From: Nemertoderma westbladi
Lineage: Eukaryota > Animalia > Xenacoelomorpha
Assembly (NCBI GenBank): GCA_032718475.1
Contig: JAUCBJ010007446.1
Span: 35,335-99,334 of the forward strand
Direction of reading: 5' to 3'
DNA: 64,000 nt
The translations under genes and the position numbers were made by a program. This document shows positions 13,901 to 24,802 of the stretch, piece by piece. Below the pieces are notes generated by a model. It did not search any database. It was not told where the DNA came from and worked only from the letters and a program-made list of their open reading frames with translations. How positions within the stretch are numbered: position 1 is the first letter of the stretch; the number at the start of each line of letters is the position of its first letter.

Positions 13901-14168
13901 GTTACAGTAGTTCCTACTTCCTACATCAAACACATTGCAGATTGGTTTACCTTGCGAACTGGTTACAGTAGTTCCTACTTCCTACATCAAACACATTTTA
14001 GATTGGTTTACCTTGCGAACTGGTTACAGTAGTTCCTACTTCCTACATCAAACACATTGCAGATTGGTTTACCTTGCGAACTGGTTACAGTAGTTCCTAC
14101 TTCCTACATCAAACACATTGCAGATTGGTTTACCTTGCGAACTGGTTACAGTAGTTCCTACTTCCTAG
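10931..14168. repeat. 61-bp minisatellite (~53 copies) in the neurexin SS4-equivalent intron
   Basis: Unit CATCAAACACATTGCAGATTGGTTTACCTTGCGAACTGGTTACAGTAGTTCCTACTTCCTA. Confidence 0.97.
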
Positions 14169-14750
14169 AACATCGTATTTTACAAATTTGATTTAATTAA
14201 CATTTTGATTTCCTAACAATTTATTGAAGTAGGCCTACGTACCGGTAGCAGACGGAACACACCACAGTATATTAAATGAAATTAGTTTCATTATTACTCT
14301 TCAAAGAACTTTGTGGGTCGAAATAAAATATGATTATCAGAGCAAATCTTCCTCCCTTATATCGATAGATACTAAGAGGTGCGAATTGAATTGAGTTTCA
14401 CAAATAATAGAATTAGTGAAGTCATCAAGTCCAGCGAATAGCATTACTCACTGGACTGGTTGTATCGAACTATCTGTTACAAATCAGCATTAATAAACAT
14501 TTAAAACTGAAATATATTCGCTATGTTGGCGATGTGATGTTGAAGCGGTTAGGTTGTAGAATATTCAATATTCTGTATCGCAAACACAATGACCGCTACT
14601 GTAATAGTGTCTAAAAATCATATAATTAAATTTAAAACATAAAGTAAAGGAGCAGGTTACAGTGGCGGTGTTTTCTAACCAAAACAATAAACGAAGCCTT
14701 ACTTCACTTGCGCCACTATTTGACCGGTCTACCATCTATACTCAACTCAC

Positions 14751-14925
14751 CAGCTTCCGGCTCAATATAATTGGGTTTTGAACTATCGACCTGTAACGAC
14801 GCCTTTATTCCTGTTCTTACAAACTGTATAACGTGATATCCTTTGTCGGATATTCTAATTAAATTGTCAGATATGGTGTAATCATCACCACCCAGATTGT
14901 AAGTAGCTTTGGCGTACCCGTCGCT
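14751..14925 (-). CDS. NRXN: Neurexin exon: middle of LNS6, ending at the splice-site-4 position (too short for the ORF track)
   Basis: ttccttag|AGCGAC...GCTG|gtgagt; 175 nt, phase 0 to 1. SDGYAKATYNLGGDDYTISDNLIRISDKGYHVIQFVRTGIKASLQVDSSKPNYIEPEA matches neurexin [57 protein letters not shown]. Confidence 0.92.
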
Positions 14926-15041
14926 CTAAGGAAAGTAAATGTAACATATTTCAATCACCAAAAACATTTAATAAAGAAATTATACATATCGACGAATTAT
15001 ATTACTATAACAGCGAATTTATTAGCTTAAAATTTAAATTA

Positions 15042-16758
15042 CTACTACTACTAGGTCGAGCGAACTCGGACAGTGGAAATAAGATCCTTCCAGGCTTCCC
15101 GATTCTCCAACTACTACTAGGTCGAGCGAACTCGGACAGTGGAAATGAGATCCTTCCAGGCTTCCCGATTCTCCAACTACTACTAGGTCGAGCGAACTCG
15201 GACAGTGGAAATGAGATCCTTCCAGGCTTCCCGATTCTCCAACTACTACTAGGTCGAGCGAACTCGGACAGTAGAAATGAGATCCTTCCAGGCTTCCCGA
15301 TTCTCCAACTACTACTAGGTCGAGCGAACTCGGACAGTGGAAATGAGATCCTTCCAGGCTTCCCGATTCTCCAACTACTACTAGGTCGAGCGAACTCGGA
15401 CAGTGGAAATGAGATCCTTTCAGGGTTCCCGATTCTCCAACTACTACTAGGTCGAGCGAACTCGGACAGTGGAAATGAGATCCTTCCAGGCTTCCCGATT
15501 CTACTACTACTACTAGGTCGAGCGAACTCGGACAGTAGAAATGAGATCCTTTCAGGGTTCCCGATTCTCCAACTACTACTAGGTCGAGCGAACTCGGACA
15601 GTGTAAATGAGATCCTTCCAGGCTTCCCGATTCTCCAACTACTACTAGGTCGAGCGAACTCGGACAGTGGAAATGAGATCCTTCCAGGCTTCCCGATTCT
15701 CCTACTACTACTAGGTCGAGCGAACTCGGACAGTGGAAATGAGATCCTTCCAGGCTTCCTAATTCTCCAACTACTACTAGGTCGAGCGAACTCGGACAGT
15801 GGAAATGAGATCCTTCCAGGCTTCCCGATTCTACTACTACTACTAGGTCGAGCGAACTCGGACAGTGTAAATGAGATCCTTCCAGGCTTCCCGATTCTCC
15901 AACTACTACTAGGTCGAGCGAACTCGGACAGTGGAAATGAGATCCTTCCAGGCTTCCCGATTCTCCTACTACTACTAGGTCGAGCGAACTCGGACAGTGG
16001 AAATGAGATCCTTCCAGGCTTCCTAATTCTCCAACTACTACTAGGTCGAGCGAACTCGGACAGTGGAAATGAGATCCTTCCAGGCTTCCTAATTCTCCAA
16101 CTACTACTAGGTCGAGCGAACTCGGACAGTAGAAATGAGATCCTTCCAGGCTTCCCGATACACCAACTACTACTAGGTCGAGCGAACTCGGACAGTGGAA
16201 ATGAGATCCTTCCAGGCTTCCCGATTCTCCAACTACTACTAGGTCGAGCGAACTCGGACAGTAGAAATGAGATCCTTCCAGGCTTCCCGATACTCCAACT
16301 ACTACTAGGTCGAGCGAACTCGGACAGTGGAAATGAGATCCTTCCAGGCTTCCCGATTCTACTACTACTACTAGGTCGAGCGAACTCGGACAGTGGAAAT
16401 AAGATCCTTCCAGGCTTCCCGATACTCCAACTACTACTAGGTCGAGCGAACTCGGACAGTGGAAATGAGATCCTTCCAGGCTTCCCGATTCTCCAACTAC
16501 TACTAGGTCGAGCGAACTCGGACAGTAGAAATGAGATCCTTCCAGGCTTCCCGATACTCCAACTACTACTAGGTCGAGCGAACTCGGACAGTGGAAATGA
16601 GATCCTTCCAGGCTTCCCGATTCTACTACTACTACTAGGTCGAGCGAACTCGGACAGTGGAAATAAGATCCTTCCAGGCTTCCCGATTCTCCAACTACTA
16701 CTAGGTAGAGCGAACTCGGACAGTGGAAATAAGATCCTTCCAGGGTTCCCGATTCTCC
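15042..16758. repeat. 66-bp tandem array (~26 copies) made of the LINE's last codons, stop codon and (TAG)n tail
   Basis: Unit CTACTACTAGGTCGAGCGAACTCGGACAGTGGAAATGAGATCCTTCCAGGCTTCCCGATTCTCCAA, continuous with the ORF end ENREPWKDLISTVRVRST*. Confidence 0.95.
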
Positions 16759-17130
16759 ATAGTTGTCGCAATTTCGTTTCTCCCAAGTTCAGTATCCCTT
16801 TCAAGTTGATCTATATATGTTATGGCTGGTCGTCCACGACTACGCTTTCCATGAGTTGGTTGCCAGAGAAGTAGATCTGGTATGACCTCGTCTTTACTTC
16901 GCCAGCAGTGCCCACTGAATCTTAATCTGCGTTCACGGAGGGTGGTTGATACAGGTGGTATTGTACCATAAAGCTCGGCGTTTGTCATGTGTTGTCTCCA
17001 GCTGATGTTTAGGGCTGCCCTTAGTAGTCTTGTGTTGCAACCATCAATTCGTTGTTCAAGTGATTTAGTCAGTGTCCAGGTCTCACCCCCGTATAAAAAT
17101 ACACTTTCCACTGTGGCTCGATTTAAATGG
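15042..17130 (-). mobile_element. 5'-truncated RTE-like LINE whose 3' end is tandemly amplified
   Basis: 16701-17120 encodes RATVESVFLYGGETWTLTK...RRLRFSGHCWR...GKRSRGRP, a typical RTE-type C-terminus. (TAG)n tail. Candidate TSD AATTTAAATTA at 15031-15041 and 17131-17141. Confidence 0.85.
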
Positions 17131-17286
17131 AATTTAAATTAATTGGATTATAACATTGTTATTTATACATTTATAGATTAACTGTATAAGGGGGCATTCA
17201 TAAAGTATGCCACGCACTAGGGGGGTCGAGCTTGAGTGACACTTTGTGACCCCCCATGTCACAGTGACTTTTTTTTTTTTTTTTTT

Positions 17287-18528
17287 TGTAAAAGCCTTTG
17301 CTGAATTGCCCCGTTATTTTTATTAACTTTTACATTAAAATACTCTGTAGTTGATTTAATAAGTGTAAGAGACCGTATTATTGCTGTATCGGTGTTTTTA
17401 GAGGATCTAAGACCTATTTCCTCCGTATGTGTACTGTGAAAGGCACATTTTGTGATTCTATGGCAATTCGTGACGCAAAGGGGTGATAGCTACTCTTGAA
17501 CAGTAGTTACTATGACTACGGTTAACAGCTGACATTCATACGTGTTGATTTCCTTTGTTCTATGGCGTCTCTCAGTTCAGTCAGCCAATGAGAGCGTTTT
17601 TGTGGCTCCTTGTACAGAAAATTTCCGAGAAATGACGCAATGCCTATGTGCAGTGTTTACATTCAGTCTTGAGCCAAAGAAAGAACGGCTTGGAAGTATT
17701 TTGTGCTGTACTGTTTTTTAGTCGTACACTAGTAGGTTTAATTATAAAGGGCATATATCCTTTAACTGACCTGCAATTTAACATACCTGATGACTGCAAA
17801 CTGACTACTTGAATATCTCATGCCTATGTGCACTGACATACCGGTACTGACTTGTTGTTTTATACTGCTATTTGCCGTCAGTTCTTCATAATATGGTTGA
17901 TGAATAATTATATTTGGAATAACGATAAATAACCCCGCAACCCAATATTCTTGATATACCGAAGGTAAGAGAGAAAGGTTACTAATAACGATTGTGACTT
18001 ATGTTAAAGTGGTTTGAAGTGAATCTAATGTTATTTGATAGACCCTACATGAGTCAGCCTGTGTTCCTTTTATATGTGACTAAAATCAGTGAAGATTGGC
18101 AGATTAGTGTGCAGTATTGTGCAGCATAGTGTATGAGTGAGTCTGTTAAAGAAGCAATTCCTAAAGAATGCGCCATATATGTGGATTATAATTAAGCCAT
18201 ATCGTTGCGAGTAGTTTAAGTCATAACTCTGTTTATGTAGATAAAGCGCCACGTCCTAAAGGAACTGTTAATATTACCGAAGGTGAATAATATTGTCAGA
18301 GATTATATAATACTGTCAGTCGAATAATACATTAGGCTTACATAGCAATAAAAATTAAACCGTCGAACCCAATCTCCCGGGAATATCCAGCGGGTGAATG
18401 GTCGCGCACGGATTGGTTTCGACTAGTGTAGTGAATCAAATACTTGTCATAGACTAAAAAGCGATTTATTATCTAGAAGACATTCTAATTTGGCGGGTTA
18501 AACTGCCAAAGGTCTGAAAGCGCGAACA
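17287..18528 (+). repeat. 5' LTR
   Basis: TGTAAAAGCC...GCGCGAACA; AATAAA at ~18348; repeated at 27819-29060. Confidence 0.95.
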
Positions 18529-18540
18529 TTAAAGGATATA
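18529..18540 (+). promoter_or_regulatory. Non-tRNA primer-binding site, complementary to LTR 17754-17765 (putative self-priming)
   Basis: TTAAAGGATATA directly follows the LTR, with no TGG. Its exact reverse complement TATATCCTTTAA lies inside the LTR. Covaries in the copy at 44197-44206/44956-44965. Confidence 0.75.
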
Positions 18541-20689
18541 GCTTCTTTATTGCAGTAAGCAATAAAGTCGAAAGTACCGGTCGACCGGTAACCAGTAGGC
18601 CTGACTGCCTGATCATCCGGACCGGTACTTACTTCCGTATAAGTACAGCAGTATTATTCGATTTGATTATATATGCCGGTAGGTCTTAATAATTAATCGG
18701 GGACGCCTGGTTTTTATTGGGATTTTACTTAGGCCTATTTCTGTCAGTTTTATTTGTTTGTAGGCCAGTATTGAACAGAAGGCGTGTAAACCTGATCAGA
18801 TTGTACAGACAATTTGTAGGCTGAGCTGTTGTCTGATTGCTGTTAAGTCCGAACGAATTGCAGTGTGTGTAGAGCACTTGTCCGATTAAGTACGGTTAGG
18901 AAGTAGGGGCAGCCACGCTGTAAGGTAAACCCCCAACTAAAGAATAAGTCGCACTACTGGGTTAGAGCGCATACTCCCTAATCATTTCGGAGTCTGCATG
19001 TCCTGTAGTTTATTTAGGCTTGAGAGTAGTCTGCCATCGTTTAGTCTGTACTTTGTTTGTGTAAGTCTGTACGGGTAGCGTATAATTTTATTTAGATAAT
19101 TTGTAGGCTGGATAGTTGTCTGGCTGTTATTAGGTCTGAACGGATTGCCGCGTGTGTAGATCATCTGTCCGATTAAGTACGATTAGGCAGTAGGGGCAGC
19201 AACGCTGTAAGGTAAACCCCCAACTAAAGAATAAGTCGCACTACTGGGTTAGAGCGCATACTCCCTAATCATTTCGGAGTCTGCATATACCGTAGTTTGT
19301 TTAGGCTTGATGGTAGTCTGTCAGTGTTCGGTCTGTATTTTATTTGAGTAGTTTGTACGCGTAGCGTAATATTTATTATTCAGAGTTTATGCGATTATTC
19401 GCAACATTCATTCCCTAAGTTTGTTCCTACAGTAATTGTGTTTGTTATACATACCGTTATAGTTAAATTAACCCCGGTACTATACGGGCTGCTTGGCGTA
19501 GGTAAAGACTGGTGATTTTGTGCATCGGTCACTCCAGCAGATGCCGTGGTTCTTTTAGCTGTTCAAGTATATTTAACTACTGATTATTTGTTGTACAAGT
19601 ACTCGTACCTAATTTAGGGTTTAGTGTACAGTGCTTTCCCGAAGTAATTATTGTAGCCATTATATTTGTGTTGTAAAGTGGTTGATAGGCACATTCGATT
19701 AGCTCTATTAACTTCTAGGTAGGAACACTCCGTGATACATAACGTAGAACCTATAGCGATACGGCTATAGGTCGTCAGGCGGTGGTATTTTCCTATCTAG
19801 ACAACGCAGTGTATTTGCTACTACTTATTATTTCAAATACCGTAGTACCCTGTCCGCTGTAATAATCAGTTTTCTAACCCTTTGTTAGGCTGGTTTGTAG
19901 ACTTCTTGTAAAATTACCCTAAAAATTCGTATTTGTGTTTTTGTAAAATTTTGTGTTTATTTAGAGATTGTAATCTCAACCCAAATTGTACGTAATTTGT
20001 AGTATTAAGTAACTTAGGTAAATTAGTATTATTTGTTTTAGTGTCCTGTACGTAACACTTCACTGAAAGCGCACCGCTTTGTGTAGTGATTACTCCCCAG
20101 AAATAATAACATTTATTTCAAACATTGACAAAACCCATTAAAACGGGTATATATATATTATAAATCAAATCTAACGATTTATAAATCGTAGGCCTACCAT
20201 ACAACCATTAGGTCTCAATATAAGTTGGATTACTGCTCAAATAACGGTAATAAAGTAAGTAAAGTAACCAAGTAACCCTAAAGTAACAGAAAGTCAATTA
20301 TTTGAAATAATTGATATACCGGTATTTACGATAGGCCTATTATCTTTACTTCTATAAATCTAGGCTGAAATTATACCGGTACTTGTAATTAATTCTATTT
20401 CAGAATTATATATACTACAAACTGTAAGCTGTATATACCGGTATTCCGATAGGCCTATTATATTTTTATATATATTTGTGCTAAAATTATACCGGTATTC
20501 TGTGATAAACCTAGTCTGTAATAATAGTTATATATACTATAAGCATACCGGTATTCTAATATATTATATATATCACGCTACACTGAGTAGCAGTACCGGT
20601 AATTAATTACTAGGCTAGCAGTTAATACTGAGTTACTAGACTTGCTCAGACTGTAATACAGCAGTAGACATTCAACTGTACACATAAGC

Positions 20690-23600
20690 ATGTCGGACGC
20701 AAAGCAGAATCTGTCAGACAGTCTACTAGATACAACCGAGAGCGAAGTGACAGCAGAGAAACCGCATAAGAAGGATGCCATTGATATCTATCTGTCTGAC
20801 TATCAGCGTTTTTTGGGAGATGAAGAGTTGAGGAGAAGGTTAGAGGGACTTAGCCCTAATAGCGAAGGAGCCAAACTCGTGTTAGATGCAATTGATGTGG
20901 ATAGGTTAGCGGCGAACCAAGCTAAATTCGATGAACAACTCCGCCTGACAAGAGTCAAAGAAGAACAAGTAAAGAAAAAACGTATAGAAGACAGAAAGGC
21001 AGCGGCAGTAGCAGCAGCAGCTGCAGAAGCAGAAACAAAGGCAGCAGCGGCAGAGGCAGCGGCAGAGGCAAAAGCGGCAGCGGCAGAGGCAAAAGTGGCA
21101 GAGGCAGCGGCAGAGGCAAAAGCGGCAGAAGCAGAAAGAAAGGCGGCAATGGCAGCGACCGAAGCGGAAAGAAAGGCGGCAGAGGCAGTGGCAGAAGCAG
21201 AACGGAGGGCATCTGAAGAGGCAACCCAAATAGAGTTGGAAAATCTTCAAGAGAGGCAAGACAACTTCAATAAACAGTTAACAGCGAGCAATATGCAGAT
21301 GATGAGTCGATCTACTCCCAAGAGACAGGGGTATACATCATCTGAGGAAGGCGATACCACCGACACCGAAGGCGGAGGAAATCGATCTCGCCTAAGCAGA
21401 CGTAAAAGAACATTCCACCGGCAGAAATTGCCTGATTTGCCTCCAGCTGTTAGAAGGCAACTAAATAACACCAAAATAGGTAGTACAGAGCCCACAGACC
21501 AAATAATTAAAATAGAAAGACTCCCTACTATAGTAGATGAGCCTGAAATAATTAGGCCTGTTCTTGAAATCACCCCTTCGGTGATAGACGCACATGTGCT
21601 CCCTGAAACTACCTCTAAATTCCCTCTGCATAGCACTAAGCTACCTGTGCCCCGCAGAACTGCCCAAGAGACAGTTCAGGTCCTGGACCCCGAGCGAAAT
21701 ATTCACAATTTGTCGCCCGTTGTCCCTCGTCCGCCCGCTACAACGTTGGCGACTCCCGCTTCGGCGGTCGAATGGGTGGACAGGGGACGGCGGGGGATGG
21801 ATATCCTGCTCGGGCAGATGCAGGAGACTGTCCAGCAATTCAAGGGCACAGTAAGGGAAAGTAGGCTAGAGTTGCAAGAAGTGCAGCAAAGTATCGCGCT
21901 AGAACGCGATAAATTAGTAAATACCCAAAAGGGTATACCACCACCCTCTGTAACAATGTGTCAACCTGTTAGGTCTGAAGTATTGCATGCGCAAGGTGTG
22001 GAGCCTACACGCATATATACTGCTAGCGAAGTAGAAACTCCTATAGTGAACCCTATTAAGGGTAATTATAGACCTGTTGATAATGATATTCCCTATAGAA
22101 CTGATCATAATCCGAGAAATTTATATACCGATAACTCGATATTAAATAACACGATGGCCCAAGAAAGTTTTACGCGTCAAATGGCTAGAACCGAAGCCCG
22201 GCAAGCGGTAAAGGTTGGAGAGATCGTCAAGTTCAATGGAGATGAGATGAAGTGGTTACCTTTTAATGAATATTACAAAGATAACATACAGAACTCTGTA
22301 CTATCTAATGGAGAAAAACTTAGATACCTCATCGAGTGCTTGGAAGGATCTCCCAAGTTAATGGCGTTAAGGTTTATTGGACATCCAGACGGATTAAGAC
22401 AAGTTTGGGATACACTAAACATCAGGTATGGTAATAGGAATAACATAGCTGGGTATTTGTATGCAAAGTTGGTAGCGCCCCGAAAGTTTATTAGCAGCGG
22501 GATTATAGAGTTTTCCGATGAAATTCAGGAGATCTGCAGACAATTAGATTGGCTAGGTAAGTCTCATGAGTATCAGAGTGCTATGGTTATTAGAGCAGTG
22601 GCTTCTACTTTACCGAAGGGTGGAGTAGGTACACGCTGGGATAAGAAAGTGTTATATATGATGGAACAACAACGACGAGACCCTACCATGGCTGATCTCA
22701 TGTCATTCTTAGATGGAGAAGTGAAATTACAGCTCCTAAGGCAGTCCAGAGAGAAGACATTGGAAAACAAGGTAAGTGAGAAACCCGTTTCTAGGAGAAG
22801 GGTAATACCAGTATGTTATACCGACGACGGTGAAAGCCAAACTTCTCAAGGAGAGGACAGCGGGAAAGACACTGACAGATCTTATGTCAATAAAATGCCT
22901 AAAGATCAGGTAAGTAAATCCAAGTCTCGACCCAATGACAGAAGGGAACCGGTACAAAAAACCCCTCCTACGTCTCCTAAAAGAACTCAGGTGAGAAAGC
23001 CCGAGGAAAGAACAAGTGTGCACCACATAGCACAGGTTAAAGTAAGTAACATCAAGCCCAAATGTGTGCTGTGCGACGGGCCCCACCGTTTAAATGCGTG
23101 TGATAAATTCCTGAGGAAATCACTAAAGGATAGACGTGAAGTCATGTGGGATAAGCGGTTGTGTTATAATTGCCTCAGACGAGGACACCAACGGCGAACC
23201 TGTAACTCCGACGCAAGGTGTGCAAAGTGCGGCGCAAAACATCATATCTTGTTGCACACGGAATTCGAACGAAACAGCCAGAGTCAGGTAAGTGAGTCCG
23301 AACTACATGTCCAATTCAGTGATGTGAACGATACTGATCAATCTGAGATGGAAGGATTCTATACGGACGAGTTCTCCGACCAAAACGAATCCTGTTACCT
23401 AATAAACACCACCGCAGTGTATCGAGTACTCGTGCATGAGGAAGACACAGACAGCGACCTTACCTTAACTACTTCCGATCAACAACCATCTTGGAAAGCG
23501 CCAACTTCCAATATAGGAATCCGAGAATTTCCTGTAGTCCAGTTACGGGTCCACGGACCTCAGAAGAGCTATATAGTGAACGCCCTCCTGGACTCCGGTA

Positions 23601-24802
23601 GCACAGGAACATTCGTCGATAAAGAACTAGCCGAAGTCATCTTTGCTGGACAACCCAAGTTCCGAACCAAGCTAAACATGTCAGGGATCATGCAGGTTTG
23701 GAATTCTACTGTAGCTGCCGACTATTATATAGGTGAGTTGTCCACCCCCCAGGACGAACTAGGAGAACATAGCATCAGGTCAGTGAAAATGGTGGCTATA
23801 AAGAACTTCGCTACTACTCAAGCAGACCTTTATAATTGGGACGAGGATGAGAGCATCCAACATCTTAACATACCTCGATTCCAGACTGATTATCCTGGAG
23901 TGCAAATACTCATCGGCCAAAACGCGCATGAGGCGCTGGAGACATTAGAGAAACGGCCTGCTCAACCGCAGCCACTACAGACCTATGCGGTAAGAACTAG
24001 AGTAGGTTGGTACCTTACTGGACCTTCCCGTAGAACGCTCAGGGAAAGACTGCTTCAAGATCGCGTCTGCCAGGTGAGTGAATGGGAAGATGATACTAGT
24101 GAGGGAGACGACCCAACTGAGGGAACACCACACTCCTCAGATAATGACAATCTTAGCTCCAATGTAGATCAATGGAGATATTGCCCCAAGAAGTTTAATC
24201 CAACGGACATCGCTTCCAGAGGAGCAACTCCTCAAGAACTGACAGATACTATAGACCGGTTAGGTGAACCCGACTTCCTGAGTAAGGAGAATGAATGGCC
24301 TCCCCATCTTACTCCGACTGAGATTAGACCAGCCAAGGGAGCGGAGAAAGTCGAACCTGAAACCCGGACGGGTGGATCGGAGTTATTTGAACCCGGGATA
24401 GATCTGTCGGTATTACATGTTGCCAGGGACGACGCCGTGGATCTGGGCTTCCCCTCCGCGAGTGGATCCTTCATGAAGATCAGAGAGAGCGATTGGAGCT
24501 CTGGAACATCAGACGTCTCGCAGGGACTCTCACCTCTCCTGCAGAGAGCGACGGACCACTATAGCTCCTGGAATCGGCTTTGTGACGCCGTCATATACTT
24601 TGAGCGATGTTTCTATCGTCACTATTCCAGGACGAAGAGGAAACCTGGAATTGTATTCAGGATGCAGCGACTCAATCACCCAGTCGGTCGTTTGTGTTTA
24701 TCGGAAGGAAATGGAGGACTCTCCGGAAACTGTGGAAGGCAAGATTCTCTTCCCACGACCACCTCCCTAATCCTTCAAACATCTAGGGACTCCATAACGT
24801 AA
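20690..24802 (+). CDS. BEL/Pao Gag-protease polyprotein with an RNase H C-terminal remnant (1370 aa)
   Basis: Pao-type Gag core (KFNGDEMKWLPF...EKLRYLIECLEG...LNIRYG). Three zinc knuckles (CVLCDGPHRLNAC, CYNCLRRGHQRRTC, CAKCGAKHHILLH). Protease ALLDSGS...ILIG...AVRTRVGWYLTGP. Then WRYCPKKFNPTDIASRG...PDFL...WP. No YVDD motif or integrase core. Confidence 0.92.
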   Translation: MSDAKQNLSDSLLDTTESEVTAEKPHKKDAIDIYLSDYQRFLGDEELRRRLEGLSPNSEGAKLVLDAIDVDRLAANQAKFDEQLRLTRVKEEQVKKKRIEDRKAAAVAAAAAEAETKAAAAEAAAEAKAAAAEAKVAEAAAEAKAAEAERKAAMAATEAERKAAEAVAEAERRASEEATQIELENLQERQDNFNKQLTASNMQMMSRSTPKRQGYTSSEEGDTTDTEGGGNRSRLSRRKRTFHRQKLPDLPPAVRRQLNNTKIGSTEPTDQIIKIERLPTIVDEPEIIRPVLEITPSVIDAHVLPETTSKFPLHSTKLPVPRRTAQETVQVLDPERNIHNLSPVVPRPPATTLATPASAVEWVDRGRRGMDILLGQMQETVQQFKGTVRESRLELQEVQQSIALERDKLVNTQKGIPPPSVTMCQPVRSEVLHAQGVEPTRIYTASEVETPIVNPIKGNYRPVDNDIPYRTDHNPRNLYTDNSILNNTMAQESFTRQMARTEARQAVKVGEIVKFNGDEMKWLPFNEYYKDNIQNSVLSNGEKLRYLIECLEGSPKLMALRFIGHPDGLRQVWDTLNIRYGNRNNIAGYLYAKLVAPRKFISSGIIEFSDEIQEICRQLDWLGKSHEYQSAMVIRAVASTLPKGGVGTRWDKKVLYMMEQQRRDPTMADLMSFLDGEVKLQLLRQSREKTLENKVSEKPVSRRRVIPVCYTDDGESQTSQGEDSGKDTDRSYVNKMPKDQVSKSKSRPNDRREPVQKTPPTSPKRTQVRKPEERTSVHHIAQVKVSNIKPKCVLCDGPHRLNACDKFLRKSLKDRREVMWDKRLCYNCLRRGHQRRTCNSDARCAKCGAKHHILLHTEFERNSQSQVSESELHVQFSDVNDTDQSEMEGFYTDEFSDQNESCYLINTTAVYRVLVHEEDTDSDLTLTTSDQQPSWKAPTSNIGIREFPVVQLRVHGPQKSYIVNALLDSGSTGTFVDKELAEVIFAGQPKFRTKLNMSGIMQVWNSTVAADYYIGELSTPQDELGEHSIRSVKMVAIKNFATTQADLYNWDEDESIQHLNIPRFQTDYPGVQILIGQNAHEALETLEKRPAQPQPLQTYAVRTRVGWYLTGPSRRTLRERLLQDRVCQVSEWEDDTSEGDDPTEGTPHSSDNDNLSSNVDQWRYCPKKFNPTDIASRGATPQELTDTIDRLGEPDFLSKENEWPPHLTPTEIRPAKGAEKVEPETRTGGSELFEPGIDLSVLHVARDDAVDLGFPSASGSFMKIRESDWSSGTSDVSQGLSPLLQRATDHYSSWNRLCDAVIYFERCFYRHYSRTKRKPGIVFRMQRLNHPVGRLCLSEGNGGLSGNCGRQDSLPTTTSLILQTSRDSIT

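Noticed and set aside
10931-14168. CRISPR-like regular array
   Set aside because: No unique spacers, no cas genes, and a spliceosomal-intron context; the same applies to all arrays here.
10931-14168. Three 31-nt microexons joined to give a 93-nt SS4-sized insert
   Set aside because: The second 31-nt unit brings TAG into frame, and 30-nt introns are implausibly short.
15005-16804. 599-aa repetitive ORF
   Set aside because: Alternative-frame read-through of the 66-bp array; the real LINE frame stops at 16701.
18070-18252. Duplicated 60-aa ORF (also 28602-28784) and the 93-aa ORF at 45101-45382
   Set aside because: These lie within LTRs, have non-ATG starts and show no protein features.
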